Part shown: piece after piece, positions 39,631-51,519 of the stretch
How the letters are laid out: each line of letters starts with the position of its first letter
Position numbering within the stretch: the first letter of the stretch is position 1
Source: an uncultured delta proteobacterium
GTDB taxonomy: Bacteria; Desulfobacterota; Binatia; UBA9968
DNA: 64,000 nt
Direction: 5' to 3'
Assembly (NCBI GenBank): GCA_963745035.1
Contig: CAVUVW010000015.1
Span: 128,001 to 192,000 of the forward strand
Notes under the pieces: model-generated
Told to the model about the DNA's origin: nothing
The model's database searches: none
What the model saw: the letters and a program-made list of their open reading frames with translations, nothing else
Translations under genes and position numbers: made by a program

Positions 39631-41508
39631 ATGCTTCCTTTGGCAAGACTAACGGAACTCTCTTCGGCGGCGCTCTTACGCAATCTCGACGGCGAGGCGC
39701 TCGGCGAGCTGAGAGCACGGCTCGAGCCGGTATTTCTCCCCGGCGGCAAGACTCTGTTTCACGCCGGCGACGCCGGCGATTCCATGTACGTCATCATCGC
39801 CGGTCGCCTGCGCATCTTCGCTGCCGGCAACGGCAGGGAAGGTGAGGCGATCCGCGAGCTCGGCCGCGGCGAGAGCGTGGGCGAGCTGGCCCTGGTCACC
39901 GGGATGCCCCGTTCGGCGACCGCGCGCGCGATTCGCGATACCGAGCTGGCTTGCTTGTCGCGCGCCGCCTACGACGATATTTGCAAGAAACATCCGGCTC
40001 TCGCCAACGAGTTGCTGAAACAAATCGCCTGGCGCCAAAGCCAAGGCACCGATCGATCCCTGTCCAAGCGCCACCTTCGAACTCTGGCACTTTTGCCGTT
40101 CGACGACCAAGCGCCGGCCGCGGATTTTGCCCGGCTGCTCGGCGCCGCCCTGCAAGAGCTCGGCAGCACGCTGCATTTAACCGCGCGGTCGGATCTGGGA
40201 CACGCGGCGCGCGACGGCAACCCAGACACAGGGCCAACCACGATCACCCAACGTCTGACCGAATTGGAAAGTTACCATCGGTTTGTCATCTACCAGGCCG
40301 ACGTCGAGCTATCGCCCTGGACCGAGCAGTGCATACGTCAGGCGGATTTAATCCTGTTGATCGCGGCGGCAAACTGCGCCCCGGCAAAGTCCCGGTGCGA
40401 GCAGCTCGCACAATACTTTTCCGGCCGCGAAGCCGCGCCCGAAATCGAGCTCGTGCTTTTGCACGGCGCGAGTTTCGACGCACGCGTTCAGGCGGATCGG
40501 CAGTTGGCCGGCTTGCCGATCCGCGATCATTACCACGTCGTTGAAAAATCCCAGGCCGACTTCGCGAGACTGGCGCGCTTTCTCACCGGCAGCGCGGTCG
40601 GTTTGGTCCTCAGCGGCGGCGGCGCGCGCGGCTTTGCTCATATCGGCATCCTGCGCGCGTTCCAGGAACACCGCATCCCGGTGGATTTTATCGGCGGCAC
40701 GAGCATGGGTGCGGTGATCGCCGCGCAGTATGCCGCCGGCTGGGATTGGCAAACCATGTGCCGCGAGAATCGCCGACATTGGCCGCGTTGCCATCCGCAG
40801 CGCAACTACACCTTGCCTCTGGTCGCCTTGAACTCGGGTAAGCGCATGGACCGCATGCTCAAAGAAATGTTCGGCGATCGCGAAATTCAGAATCTACCCG
40901 GAAAATTCTTCTGCGTCTCGACCAATCTCACCCGCGCGGACGCGATGGTCCATCGCGCCGGCCCGCTCTGGAAAGCCGTGCGCGCCAGCGTGTCGATTCC
41001 GGGCATCGGGCCGCCGGCGATCGAAAACGGCGAGATCTTTGTCGACGGCGGTCTGGTCAACAATCTACCGGTTGACGTAATGAAACATCTCTGCCAGGGA
41101 GCCGTGTGCGCCGTCGACGTCAGCGAACAGGTGGAATTCAAAAGCAGCCTCCCGGAAAGCTACAGCGTTTCCGGCTGGCAGCTCCTCTGGCGCCGCTTGA
41201 ATCCGCTCGCAACAACACTCGATCTGCCCAACATCTTTCATATCTTGTATCGCACAACAACAGTGGGCAGCTTGCGCGCCATCGAAAGCATCAAAGCCGA
41301 CGCCGATCTTTATCTGAATCCGCCGGTCGGAAATTTCGGCATCTTCGACTGGAGTTGCGTCGATAAGATCATCGAAGCCGGCTACCGGTACGGGCTACGG
41401 GCTCTTGAGGCGCGCGACGCCGGGATTTTTCATTTCCGCAATGGCGCCGGACCGGTGCCGGCCTCTATTCGCGGCGTTGATAAATCGCCTCCACCGCGGC
41501 TTCGCTGA
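39631..41508 (+). CDS. cNMP-binding domain + patatin-like phospholipase (NTE family)
   Basis: GESVGELAL...RSATARA cNMP motif; GGGARG, GTSMG and DGG patatin motifs. Confidence 0.9.
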   Translation: MLPLARLTELSSAALLRNLDGEALGELRARLEPVFLPGGKTLFHAGDAGDSMYVIIAGRLRIFAAGNGREGEAIRELGRGESVGELALVTGMPRSATARAIRDTELACLSRAAYDDICKKHPALANELLKQIAWRQSQGTDRSLSKRHLRTLALLPFDDQAPAADFARLLGAALQELGSTLHLTARSDLGHAARDGNPDTGPTTITQRLTELESYHRFVIYQADVELSPWTEQCIRQADLILLIAAANCAPAKSRCEQLAQYFSGREAAPEIELVLLHGASFDARVQADRQLAGLPIRDHYHVVEKSQADFARLARFLTGSAVGLVLSGGGARGFAHIGILRAFQEHRIPVDFIGGTSMGAVIAAQYAAGWDWQTMCRENRRHWPRCHPQRNYTLPLVALNSGKRMDRMLKEMFGDREIQNLPGKFFCVSTNLTRADAMVHRAGPLWKAVRASVSIPGIGPPAIENGEIFVDGGLVNNLPVDVMKHLCQGAVCAVDVSEQVEFKSSLPESYSVSGWQLLWRRLNPLATTLDLPNIFHILYRTTTVGSLRAIESIKADADLYLNPPVGNFGIFDWSCVDKIIEAGYRYGLRALEARDAGIFHFRNGAGPVPASIRGVDKSPPPRLR

Positions 41509-42245
41509 GTTGCTCGGTTGGACCGTCGAAGACGATCTGCCCGGCGCGCAGGCCGACGACCCGATCTGCGTAGGCGCGCGTGAGCTCGAGAGTATGCAGG
41601 CTCACCAGCGCGGTGATGCCATCCTCGCGGCACACCCGTTTGAGCAGATCGAGCACCAGGCGCGCCAGTTTGGGGTCGAGGCTCGACATCGGCTCATCGG
41701 CGAGAATCAAAGCCGGCCGCTGCATTAAAGTCCGCGCGATAGCGACCCGTTGCTGCTCGCCGCCGCTGAGCTCGTCGGCGCGCTTGTAGGCGTGCTCGAT
41801 CAGCCCGACGCGCTTGAGATTGGCGAGCGCTCGGCGGCGCTCATCGCGGCTGAAGATTCTCAGCGTGCTGCGCAACGCCGGCTGATAGCCGAGCCCGCCG
41901 CACGAGCACGTTGTCGATGACCGATAAGCGTTTGGCGAGATTGAATTGCTGGAAGATCATGCCGATCCGGCGGCGCAAATGGCGCAGAGCGCCGGCATCG
42001 AGCTGCAAAACGTCGATGGGCGCGCCGTCCGGCGCGCTCGCCAAAAGTCCGCGCGGCACCAGGACCTCTCCCGAGCCCGCCTGAACCAAGCGATTGATAC
42101 AGCGTAGCAAGGTCGACTTACCCGCGCCCGACAGGCCGATGATGCCGACAAATTCTCCCTGCTCCACTTTGAAGGAAACGCCGCGCAGAACCGGCGCGCC
42201 GCCGTTGTATGAATGGCCGAGCTCGCGAATGTCGAGAATGGTCAC
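41465..42245 (-). CDS. phnC: Phosphonate ABC transporter ATP-binding protein (frameshift near 41900)
   Basis: [38 protein letters not shown]. Confidence 0.88.
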
Positions 42246-43156
42246 GGCTGTTTTTTTTGCAGGCCGTCTTTGATGGCGATGCCGGCGTCGGCAAAGGCCC
42301 GGCGCACCGAGTCATAGTCGCCGTCGGTGGCGGGAACGAAGCCGTCGATTTGATAGAGCTCGCGCAGCATTTTTTTCCCCTGGGGATCGCTGCTGAGCTC
42401 GATAAACGTCTGCTCGATCTGGTCCACCAGACCGCGCTCCAGGCTGGCGCTCACCACCAGATTATCGGCCGGGATCGGCTCGGAAAAGGCGATAGCGCGA
42501 ATCTTCTTCGCCTCCTCGGCGCTTTTCAAGTAGCGCATCCAAGCCGTGTCGCTGCCGTCCGGCGAATTGGCGTAGGTGGCACCGGCGTCGACCTTGCCGT
42601 GGAGCACGGCCAGCACGGTGGCGTCGTGACCGCCGGAATGTAAGACCTGCTTGAAGTCGCGCACCGGATCGATACCGCGCTTCTTGAGCATCCGTCGCGG
42701 AATGACGTTGCCGGTGGTCGAGAGCGCATCGCCGAACGCGAAACTCTTGCCGCGCAGGTCGTCGAGACTGCGGATGCCGCTGTCGGCGCGAACGATGATC
42801 GCGGCATAATAAAAAGGGATGCCCTTGCGCTCGGACTTGAGGATAACCCGGATATTGGCCTCGTTCTTGGCCAACACATAAGAGGCCGGCGTCAAAAATG
42901 CCATGTCGAGCTTGTTCACCCGCAGCGCCTCGACCACGCCGGTATAGTCCGTGGCGACGAAGGGCTGGACCTCCATGTTCAGTCGTTTTCGCAGGATCTC
43001 GACGATCGGCTGCGCGTTTTGCATTACCCGCTGTGCGTCCTCGGAGGGCACGAAACCGACGCGTAAAACTTTTTCCCTCTCACCGGCATCACCGCAGCCG
43101 AACACGAACATCGCCACAACCAGGGCGAGCCAATGCCGGATAAAGTCATTCATCAT
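42242..43156 (-). CDS. phnD: Phosphate/phosphite/phosphonate ABC substrate-binding lipoprotein
   Basis: Lipobox VFGC, DYTGVVEAL, GDALSTTG, GGHDA. Confidence 0.85.
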   Translation of the reverse strand: MMNDFIRHWLALVVAMFVFGCGDAGEREKVLRVGFVPSEDAQRVMQNAQPIVEILRKRLNMEVQPFVATDYTGVVEALRVNKLDMAFLTPASYVLAKNEANIRVILKSERKGIPFYYAAIIVRADSGIRSLDDLRGKSFAFGDALSTTGNVIPRRMLKKRGIDPVRDFKQVLHSGGHDATVLAVLHGKVDAGATYANSPDGSDTAWMRYLKSAEEAKKIRAIAFSEPIPADNLVVSASLERGLVDQIEQTFIELSSDPQGKKMLRELYQIDGFVPATDGDYDSVRRAFADAGIAIKDGLQKKQP

Positions 43157-43232
43157 CCCGCATTAATTGATACTGAATGGCCGGAGGCGGTGCAAACGTT
43201 TTGTTTTTTGCCAAATGCTAACTAAGCCACTG

Positions 43233-44062
43233 GTGAGCTGGAAAACTCATTGGATTGCCGTCTCGCTGCTTCTGCTCTCGGCGTGCTCGACCGCGCCGAC
43301 GACGCGGACTGTGGCGGAAAGCGCGCTCGGCACGCTTCGAGAAAACTCGATGGCGCGGTTTTTTTATGCAAGCGCGGGCGGCCGGCCGAAGCCTATCTCG
43401 TTCGACCGCGCGGCGCGGGCCCTTTTCCTCTGATCGCATTTTTGCACGGCCATAGCTTGTCCGGTCTCGGCGCGATCAGACTCTTGCCTGCAGCGAAGCT
43501 TTTCGGCCGGGAAGTCTGCTACGCCGGCACGGAAGTGCGCGCCGGCCTGCTCGAGGAAACCACCCGCAGTGCCGTCCTCGATGCGATCGCGGCGGCGAAG
43601 AAGCTATCGTGGATCGATGCCGAGCGTCTCTATATTATTACGGATTTTCGCGCGGCGCGGTGGTGGCGACGGCGCTGGTCCATCAGATCGATGGCCTGAA
43701 GGGCGCCCTGCTCCACTCCGGCGCCTACGATCTCGCCACGCTGTATCAAGATACCTCGAGCTTCTGGCTGCGTCAGTTGCTCAACCCCGACGGCGAGGAG
43801 CAGCCCCGCTTCCATGATTTGCTGTCCGAAGTGAGCGGTTGGCGCTTCAGCACTTTGGTGTTGCACGGCGGCCGGGACTCGCTTGTTCCTTTTTTCCCAG
43901 GCCCTTTTGCTGCGCGAACGGCTGGCGAGCCTCGGTAAGGCGCATCGCCTCGTGGCGTTCCCGGAGCACGGGCACTGCTTGCCGATCCGCGACATCAAAG
44001 ATCAAGCAGTGCAGTTCTTAATCGAAATCGGCGGTGCTGCCTGCGCTGTTACCGATCCTTGA
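43233..44062 (+). CDS. Lipoprotein alpha/beta hydrolase (S9 peptidase-like; several frameshifts)
   Basis: Across frames: lipobox LSAC, FLHG, GFSRG nucleophile, LHGGRD, FPEHGH. Confidence 0.6.
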
Positions 44063-44891
44063 TCTCGGTCAGGAGTTGAGCGGCCTGTTTCTTGTGTTTG
44101 CTGTCGTCGGAGAATCGGATCGGCAGGTCGGCAATCGATCGTAGCAGCGCCCGCGCCGGCTCCCATTCCTCTCTGGCGATATGGGTGCGCGCCAGCTCCA
44201 GCCGCGAAACGATCACGGTAGGCTCGAGCTCGATCGCTTTTTTGAGATATTCAAGCGACTTTTCCAGACTGCCGGTCGGCACCGACTGGCCGTAGAGCAC
44301 CGAGGCCATTACTCGGCTGGCGCTGCCGATCTCGGCGAGCTTGCGGTGCCACACGCCATAAATGTGGTACGCCGGCCCGTTGCGCGGATCGAGAGCGATC
44401 GCCCGCTCCACTTCGTTGCGAATCTCGCTGGCGAGCTCAACCTGCTTTGCCACCGGCGAGACCACGGCGATACTGCCCAACGCCGCCGCCACCCAAAAAT
44501 GGCCCCACGCGGACTTGGGATCCACTTGGACCGCCTTGCGCGCGTGCTCCTCGGCGACGACGTACTCCTTCAGCTTGCGCTCTTTCCAATCGGCGCCGTT
44601 CTCGGCGATCATGTCGCCGATATCGATGTAAGCGCGCGCCAGCTTCGCCAGCGCTTCAAAGTTACGGGCGTCGACTTCGATGATTTTTTGCAGCTCCGCG
44701 ACCGCCTCTTTCGGCTTGAATTGACCATAGAGCCGGTCGGCATTTTTGTGCCAGCGGGCGATATCGGCCTTGCAGCAGCCCGGCGGTTCATCGGCGGCCG
44801 GCCCTTCGCCTGCTCCGACGCCGAGCGCCGCGCCGACAAGAATCATCGCGCTCAGGCAAAACCGCGAAATCATCGGCTTGGCGACAGTCAT
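44049..44891 (-). CDS. Secreted TPR-like helical repeat protein
   Basis: Signal peptide; repeated A..DP / AIALDP / AIELEP TPR ends. Confidence 0.75.
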   Translation of the reverse strand: MTVAKPMISRFCLSAMILVGAALGVGAGEGPAADEPPGCCKADIARWHKNADRLYGQFKPKEAVAELQKIIEVDARNFEALAKLARAYIDIGDMIAENGADWKERKLKEYVVAEEHARKAVQVDPKSAWGHFWVAAALGSIAVVSPVAKQVELASEIRNEVERAIALDPRNGPAYHIYGVWHRKLAEIGSASRVMASVLYGQSVPTGSLEKSLEYLKKAIELEPTVIVSRLELARTHIAREEWEPARALLRSIADLPIRFSDDSKHKKQAAQLLTEIKDR

Positions 44892-45259
44892 TTTAACGGC
44901 GTCGGTTTTCCCGTCTCGTCGATCGCGACATAGATGACCTCCGCTTCGGTGACCTTGACCCGCTGGCGCGGTTCCCTGCCGCGTTCGGCTTCCACGCTCA
45001 CTTTTATCGTGATCGAAGTTCTGCCCTGGCGCAAGACCGAGGCGTAAAAACTGACCACGTCGCCGACGTACACCGGCGCGATAAACTCGACTCCGCGCAT
45101 CGCCCGGGTGACAAAGTTACGCGACGCCTGGCGCGAGGCGGCGATGCCGCCGGCGAGATCGATGTGGCTCAGAATCGCGCCGCCGAAAATCGTGCCGTGC
45201 GCGTTGGTATCGCGCGGCAGCATGGTTACCCGCAGGGTCGCGTCGAGACCTTCGGCCAT
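44888..45259 (-). CDS. Acyl-CoA thioesterase (YciA-like hotdog)
   Basis: [23 protein letters not shown]. Confidence 0.9.
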   Translation of the reverse strand: MAEGLDATLRVTMLPRDTNAHGTIFGGAILSHIDLAGGIAASRQASRNFVTRAMRGVEFIAPVYVGDVVSFYASVLRQGRTSITIKVSVEAERGREPRQRVKVTEAEVIYVAIDETGKPTPLK

Positions 45260-45309
45260 GGGAAATCAATCGAGGATCAGGCGGCACGCGGCCGGCGGCC
45301 GCGACGAGG

Positions 45310-46227
45310 TCAAACGTGGGTGAGCCATTTCTCGTACTTGCGGTTCTTCCCTTTGATCACGTCGAAAAACGTTTGCTGAATTTTTTCGGTGACGGGCCCG
45401 CGCCGCCCGGCGCCGATCTGCCGGTCGTCGACCTCGCGGATCGGTGTCAGCTCCGCCGCCGTGCCGGTAAAAAACGCCTCATCGGCGATGTACAGCTCGT
45501 CGCGCGTGAAACGATCTTCGATCACCGGATAGCCGATGTCGCGCGCCAGAGTGATGATCGAGTCGCGCGTGATGCCCGGCAAGATCGAAGTGAGCGGCGT
45601 GGTTTTGATCTTGCCGTCGCGCACGATAAAAATGTTCTCACCGCTCGCTTCCGAAACGTAGCCTTCGCCGTCGAGCATGACCGCCTCATCGTAGCCCGCC
45701 TTCTTGACCTCGGCTTTGGCGAGCACCGAATTGACGTAGTTGCCCGTCGTCTTGCTCTTGGTCATCATTACGTTCACGTGGTGCCGGGTGTACGACGACA
45801 CTTTGGCGCGAATACCGTTCAGGATGCCCTCGTCGCCGAGGTACGCCCCCCAGGGCCACACCGCGATGCAGACGTTCACCGGATTGTGCGGTACGTAGAT
45901 TCCCAGCTCGCCCAGTCCGACGAAAGCGAGAGGGCGGATATAGCAGGCCTTGAGCTTGTTGGCGCGAATGACTTCGGCGGTCGCCTGGCACATCTGCTCG
46001 ACCGTATACGGCAGAGGAAATCCGAGAATCTTGCCGGAATCGGCGAGCCGGCGCATGTGCTCCGGCAAGCGGAACACCGCCGAGCGCCCGTCGGCCAGCT
46101 CATAGCAGCGGATGCCTTCGAAGTATCCCGTGCCGTAGTGCAGCGCATGCGCCAGGACATGCACCTTGGCGTCCTCCCAGGCGATCAATTCTCCGTCAAA
46201 CCAGATTTTTTCGGTTTTAAGCGACAT
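45310..46227 (-). CDS. ilvE: Branched-chain amino acid aminotransferase
   Basis: HALHYGTGYFEGIR, YIRP, EASGENIF, ILPGITR, FTGTAAE. Confidence 0.95.
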   Translation of the reverse strand: MSLKTEKIWFDGELIAWEDAKVHVLAHALHYGTGYFEGIRCYELADGRSAVFRLPEHMRRLADSGKILGFPLPYTVEQMCQATAEVIRANKLKACYIRPLAFVGLGELGIYVPHNPVNVCIAVWPWGAYLGDEGILNGIRAKVSSYTRHHVNVMMTKSKTTGNYVNSVLAKAEVKKAGYDEAVMLDGEGYVSEASGENIFIVRDGKIKTTPLTSILPGITRDSIITLARDIGYPVIEDRFTRDELYIADEAFFTGTAAELTPIREVDDRQIGAGRRGPVTEKIQQTFFDVIKGKNRKYEKWLTHV

Positions 46228-46309
46228 GGTTCATCTCTGTTCGACGCCGCGAGCAGCTTCGCAGGTCGCGATTAATTGTACGTGCCTCCACCGGGCTCAT
46301 CAAGCGGGC

Positions 46310-46341
46310 AAAAAAAAGGCCACCCGGTTTTCCGCGTGGCC
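46310..46341 (-). terminator. Intrinsic terminator after the HU gene
   Basis: GGCCAC...GTGGCC stem followed by U8 on the minus strand. Confidence 0.7.
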
Positions 46342-46362
46342 GCCGACGGATGACCGGAAGCT

Positions 46363-46632
46363 CTACAAGCCGTTTTTCAATACCGGCGCCGCCTTGAATC
46401 CAACGGTGCGGCTCGCTTTGATGCTGATCGCCGCGCCGGTTTGCGGGTTTCTTCCTTTGCGCGCTTTGCGCGAGCGCACCGTGAACGTGCCGAAGCCCGG
46501 CACCTGAACGCGCCGGCTTTTTTTGATCGCCTTGGCGATGCTGTCAAAGGTTGCATCCACCGCTTCGCCGGCGGCGCTTTTGCTGATCTTCGCACTCTTA
46601 GCGACAGCTTCGATGAGTTCTGCTTTGGTCAT
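46363..46632 (-). CDS. hup: DNA-binding protein HU
   Basis: MTKAELI, GFGTF, RKGRNPQTG. Confidence 0.93.
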   Translation of the reverse strand: MTKAELIEAVAKSAKISKSAAGEAVDATFDSIAKAIKKSRRVQVPGFGTFTVRSRKARKGRNPQTGAAISIKASRTVGFKAAPVLKNGL

Positions 46633-46748
46633 CGGCGTTCACCTCGCTTGGACAAGCTGCGCGTTTCCCCAATCGTTTGCTGTAAACCGTCTCGCCAAAA
46701 AAAAATTGCCAAAAAGAAGGTCGATCATTTCCAATTCGCCGGCAAATG

Positions 46749-47690
46749 TCAACACTTTTTCGGCGCCGCGGCTTCGTGCAGCAGGCCATAGCGCACGCCT
46801 TGGTCGCTGACGATCACCTGATCGGCGCGGCCGTGGTTCATAATGCGTTCGAGCACCCAGGCGCCGGCCAAGATCACGTCCGCTCTTCCCGGTTCGAGAC
46901 CGACGATCCGGCGCCGCTCCGCCAGCGTTGCGCGTTCGAGCTGCGCAACCTGGCGCCGCACTCCCGCGAGGGTCAGCACGGCGCCGTGGACTTGGGCGTG
47001 AGAGTAGCGCGCCAAGTTTTTTTCCATCGCCAGCAAAGTCGTAACCGTCGCCGCAATGCCGATCATCGCGCGGCGCGCACCGTCGCCGAGGTCCGGCTCG
47101 CGCAAGCGCGCGAGCGTCTCCTCGATGGCCGCGTTCATGCGCGCGACTTCCTCGGGCTTGACCGGATCGGAGAGAAGAAACCGTTCCGTGAGCCGCACCG
47201 AACCGAGGTCGAGGCTCGCGCAATGAGACATTCCCCCGGCGTCGCCCGCGATCAGCTCGGTGCTGCCACCGCCGATATCGATGACCAAAAGTCGCGGTTC
47301 GCTGAGCGACAGGCCGCGCTGCACGGCGAGAAACGAATAGCCCGCTTCCTCGGCGCCGGAAATGACCCGAATGTCGAAACCGATCTCGCGGCGAAAACGC
47401 GCGCATACTTCGGCGCTGTTCTCGGCATCGCGTAGCGCGCTGGTGCCGACCGCAAAAAATTCTTCGACGCCCAGGCTATCGCAGCGGGCGCGATAGCGCC
47501 GCAGCGCGGCGAGGGTGCGCCGTTCGCCTTCCGCGCCGATGCACCGAGTGTGATCGACACCCTGTCCTAGCCGGGTGATTTCCGCCAGATCGTCCAAGAC
47601 CCGGAAGCGGCCGGTGTCGCGGATCTCCGCGATCAGGCAAAGAGCCGTGTTCGTGCCGATGTCGAAAAATGCGCTCCGGCGCGGGCTCAC
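46749..47690 (-). CDS. Ppx/GppA family exopolyphosphatase (short form)
   Basis: [37 protein letters not shown]. Confidence 0.88.
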   Translation of the reverse strand: MSPRRSAFFDIGTNTALCLIAEIRDTGRFRVLDDLAEITRLGQGVDHTRCIGAEGERRTLAALRRYRARCDSLGVEEFFAVGTSALRDAENSAEVCARFRREIGFDIRVISGAEEAGYSFLAVQRGLSLSEPRLLVIDIGGGSTELIAGDAGGMSHCASLDLGSVRLTERFLLSDPVKPEEVARMNAAIEETLARLREPDLGDGARRAMIGIAATVTTLLAMEKNLARYSHAQVHGAVLTLAGVRRQVAQLERATLAERRRIVGLEPGRADVILAGAWVLERIMNHGRADQVIVSDQGVRYGLLHEAAAPKKC

Positions 47691-49050
47691 GGCGCCGTCC
47701 CAGAGCGCGGCCGCAAGCGGCGCATCCTCGGCGCTCCCCGTCACGCCGCTCGCGCGCGCCCATGCCCCCATGTCGGCCAGCGCCCGGCGCGCCATCATTT
47801 CTTTTTTCGCCCTGCCGCGTAGACACGCCGCCAGCGGCGCGATCAAGCCGAAGTTCACGTTCATCGGCTGAAAGCGCCGGCGCTGCGGATCGGTGATGTA
47901 TCCCAAGAGCGCTCCCAGCGCGGTGGTCGTGGGCGGCGTCACCGCCGGCTTTCCCGCCAAAAGTTTCGCCGCGTTGATGCCGGCCAGCAGTCCGGTGGCG
48001 GCCGACTCGATGTAGCCTTCGACGCCGGTCATCTGGCCGGCGAAAAACAGCGTCTCGCGCTTGCGCCATTGCAGGGTGGCGAGCAAATGCTGCGGCGCAT
48101 TGATGAAGGTGTTGCGGTGCAGGCTGCCGAGACGGACGAACTCCGCGTTCGCCAATCCCGGGATCAACGCGAAAACACGGCGCTGCTCCGGATAGGTCAT
48201 CTTGGTTTGAAAGCCGACCAGGTTGTAGAGCGTGCGCTCGCGGTTTTCCTGGCGCAGTTGCACAACCGCGTAGGGCCGCCGGCCGCTGCGCGGGTCGATC
48301 AGTCCCACCGCGCGCATCGGACCGAAGGCGAGGGTTTCGCGACCCCGGTCGGCCATTTCTTCGATCGGCATGCAGCCCTCGAACGGCATGAAGCGCTCGA
48401 AGCTGTGGGTCGGCACGCGCTCGGCGCGCAAGAGCGCGCCGACGAAACCGTCGTACTGCTCGCGCGTCAGCGGCAAGTTGAGATAGTCGTCGCCGCCTTT
48501 GCCGTAGCGGGCGGCGCGATAAGCGACACCCATGTCGATCGACTCCGCGGTCACGATCGGCGAGATCGCGTCGTAGAAGTACAGATGGGCCTCACCCAAG
48601 CCGGCGCGCGAGATCACTCGACATGGCCGGCGAGGTAAGCGGTCCGGTGGCGACGATCACGACGCCGTCGTCCGGGATCGCGTGCGCCTCTTGACGCACA
48701 ATCCGCACCGCCGGGAGACTCTCCACGGCGCGCGTGAGCGCCCGGCTGAACTGTTCGCGATCCACTGCCAGCGCGGCGCCCGCCGGCACGCGGGTCGCCT
48801 CGGCGCAACGCAGAACGAGGGAATCGAGCCGGCGCATCTCCGCCTTCAACAAACCCGCCGGCGCGCTCAACAAATCGGAACGGAGCGAGTTGCTGCACAC
48901 CAGCTCGCCGAGATTCGCGCTCGCGTGCGCTTCCGTGCGCCGCTCCGGGCGCATCTCGAAAAGCTCCACGGCAACGCCGCGCCGAGCAAGCTGCCAAGCC
49001 GCTTCCGCCCCGGCAAGACCGCCGCCGATGATGCGCACAAAATTTTCCAT
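47687..49050 (-). CDS. trmFO: tRNA m5U54 methyltransferase TrmFO (frameshifted near 48610)
   Basis: [56 protein letters not shown]. Confidence 0.93.
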
Positions 49051-49161
49051 GGAATGTCGCTGCCGGCGCTCGAAATCTCAAGGAGACCGCGGCGAACCGG
49101 CCGGTGAAAACGTCGACGGCAAGCCGCCGCGGCGATCAGCCGACGCGAAAAGCTGCTCGCG

Positions 49162-51481
49162 CTACTGCTCGGCGACCTGGATCGAGTAGCCGCACTCCTT
49201 TTTATAGCAGCGATGGGTGCGGCCGGCGCGCTTGGTCACCTTCTCGACCAAGATCGGGCTGCCGCAATCGGGACAGGGAGTCGGCATCGGTTTGTCCCAC
49301 GAAGCGAACTTGCACTCGGGATAGCTGATCGCAGCCGTAGAACACTTTGCCCCAGCGCGATTTCCGCTCCTTGATATTGCCTTCCTTGCATTCGGGGCAT
49401 TTGATACCCAAATCCACCGGCTTTTCCAGCGGCTGGATATTCTTGCATTCGGGATAGCCGCTGCAGCCGAGGAACTTGCCGAACTTGCCCCAGCGCAGCA
49501 GCATCGGCCGGCCGCACTCGCCGCAGGTCTCGTTGACTTCCTCTTCGGCCACGATCTCGATCTCGCCGCTTTCGCCGCGCTTGAAATTTTTCGTGTTCTT
49601 GCACTCGGGATACTGCGGGCAGGCGAGAAACTCGCCGTTGCGCCCCCATTTGATCACCATCTTGGCGCCGCACTTGTCGCAATCCACATCGGTCGGCACT
49701 TCCTGGCGCTTGACGTCGCGCATCTCCTTTTCGGCTTTTTTGAGATCGCGCGAGAAAGGAGTGTAAAAGCGCTTCATCGCTTTGGTCCACTTCTCTTTCC
49801 CTTCTTCGATCTTGTCGAGCTCGTCTTCCATGCCGGCGGTAAACTCGACGTTCAAAATATCCGGAAAGCTTTCGACCAAAAGGTCGGTGACCAGAAATCC
49901 CAAATCGGTCGGCGCCAGCGCGCGCCCCTCGTTTTGCATCACGTACTCGCGGTCGAGAATATTGGAGATGATCGCCGCGTAGGTCGACGGCCGGCCGATG
50001 CCTTTTTCGTCGAGCTCCTTGATCAAGGAGGCCTGGGTGTAGCGCGGCGGCGGTTGGGTAAAATGCTGGCGTGGATCCATGGAGAGGAGCTGCAACGCAT
50101 CGCCTTTTTGCAGATCCGGCAGGACGCCGTCGGTTTCCTGGGGCTCGTCGGCACCGTCTTCGTCGGCGCCGTTGGCCTGCTGCGCCCGCTCGTCGCGCCC
50201 TTCGATGTACACTTTCATGAAGCCGTCGAATTTGATCTGCTGCCCGGTGGCGCGAAACACCGCCTCGTGAACCGGAATCTCGAAGGAAGTCTGGTCATAC
50301 ACCGCCGGCACCATCTGGCTGGCGACAAAGCGGTCCCAGATCAGCGAATAGAGTTGGAAGAGGTCGCGGCGCAGGTAGCGGCGCACCCGCTCCGGCGCAT
50401 AGTCGAGCGAGGTCGGACGGATCGCTTCGTGGGCATCCTGGGCGCCCTTCTTCGAGCGAAACGTATTGGGCTTGCCCGGCAGATATTCCTTGCCGTATTG
50501 GCCTTGAATATGCCCGCGCACGGCCGCCAGCGCGTCGGCGGAAACGCGCGTCGAATCGGTGCGCATGTAGGTGATCAAACCCACCGAGCCGTCGTTGCCC
50601 AGCTCGACTCCTTCATAAAGGTGCTGCGCAAGCTGCATGGTGCGCCGCGGCTGGAAGCCGAGCTTGCGCGCCGCCTCCTGCTGCAGCTTGCTGGTGACAA
50701 ACGGCGGGGTGGGATAGCGCCGGCGTTCTTTTTTCTCGACTTCGGCGATGGTCCATGCCGCGCCTTGCAACGAAGCGACGATGCTCTGGACCAACTGCTC
50801 ATTTTCCAGGCGAAACTTCTTGTTATCGACCTTCTGTCCCTGCCACTGCACCAAACGGGCCTTGAAGGAAGGCGGCAGCCGGCCTTCCAAAAGCGCCGTC
50901 AGCGACCAGTACTCGACCGACTCGAACGCGCGGATGTCGCGCTCGCGCTCACACACCAGCCGCACCGCCACCGACTGCACCCGTCCCGCGCTCAATCCGC
51001 GCCGCACCTTTTTCCACAGCAGCGGGCTGATCTGATAACCGACCAAACGATCGAGCACGCGCCGGGCGATCTGCGCGTCGAACTTGTTGCGGTCGAGCTC
51101 GAGCGGCTTGGCGATCGCCTCCTGCACCGCTTTTTTGGTGATCTCATTGATCAGGACACGATGCACCCGCTTGTGGTTCTTGGCCACTTGATCGGCGATA
51201 TGCCAGGCAATCGCTTCGCCTTCGCGGTCCGGATCGGAGGCAAGATAGATATGCTCTTTGCCCTTGGCGGCCTTTTTGAGATCGTCGATGACCTTTTTCT
51301 TGGCTTGAATGACGTGAAAATCGGGCGCGAAATCTTTTTTGACATCGACCCCGAGCTTGCTCTTCGGCAAATCGACCACATGCCCGACCGAGGCCTTCAC
51401 CTGAAAATCCCGTCCCAAATATTTTTCCAAGGTTTTCGCCTTGGCGGGCGACTCCACGATGACCAGATTCTTAGCTGCCAT
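49162..51481 (-). CDS. topA: DNA topoisomerase I (frameshift in the C-terminal Zn ribbons)
   Basis: VESPAKAK, DPDREGE, SAGRVQS, ITYMRTD, GIGRPST, C4 zinc ribbons. Confidence 0.96.
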
Positions 51482-51519
51482 AATCTTCGACTCGTTCCCG
51501 GCGTTCCATGATGATGAGT

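Noticed and set aside
46749-48617. Apparent TrmFO-Ppx/GppA fusion (622-aa ORF)
   Set aside because: The junction contains GTGA, the classic stop/start overlap, and the window is full of single-base indels; most likely two genes joined by an error.
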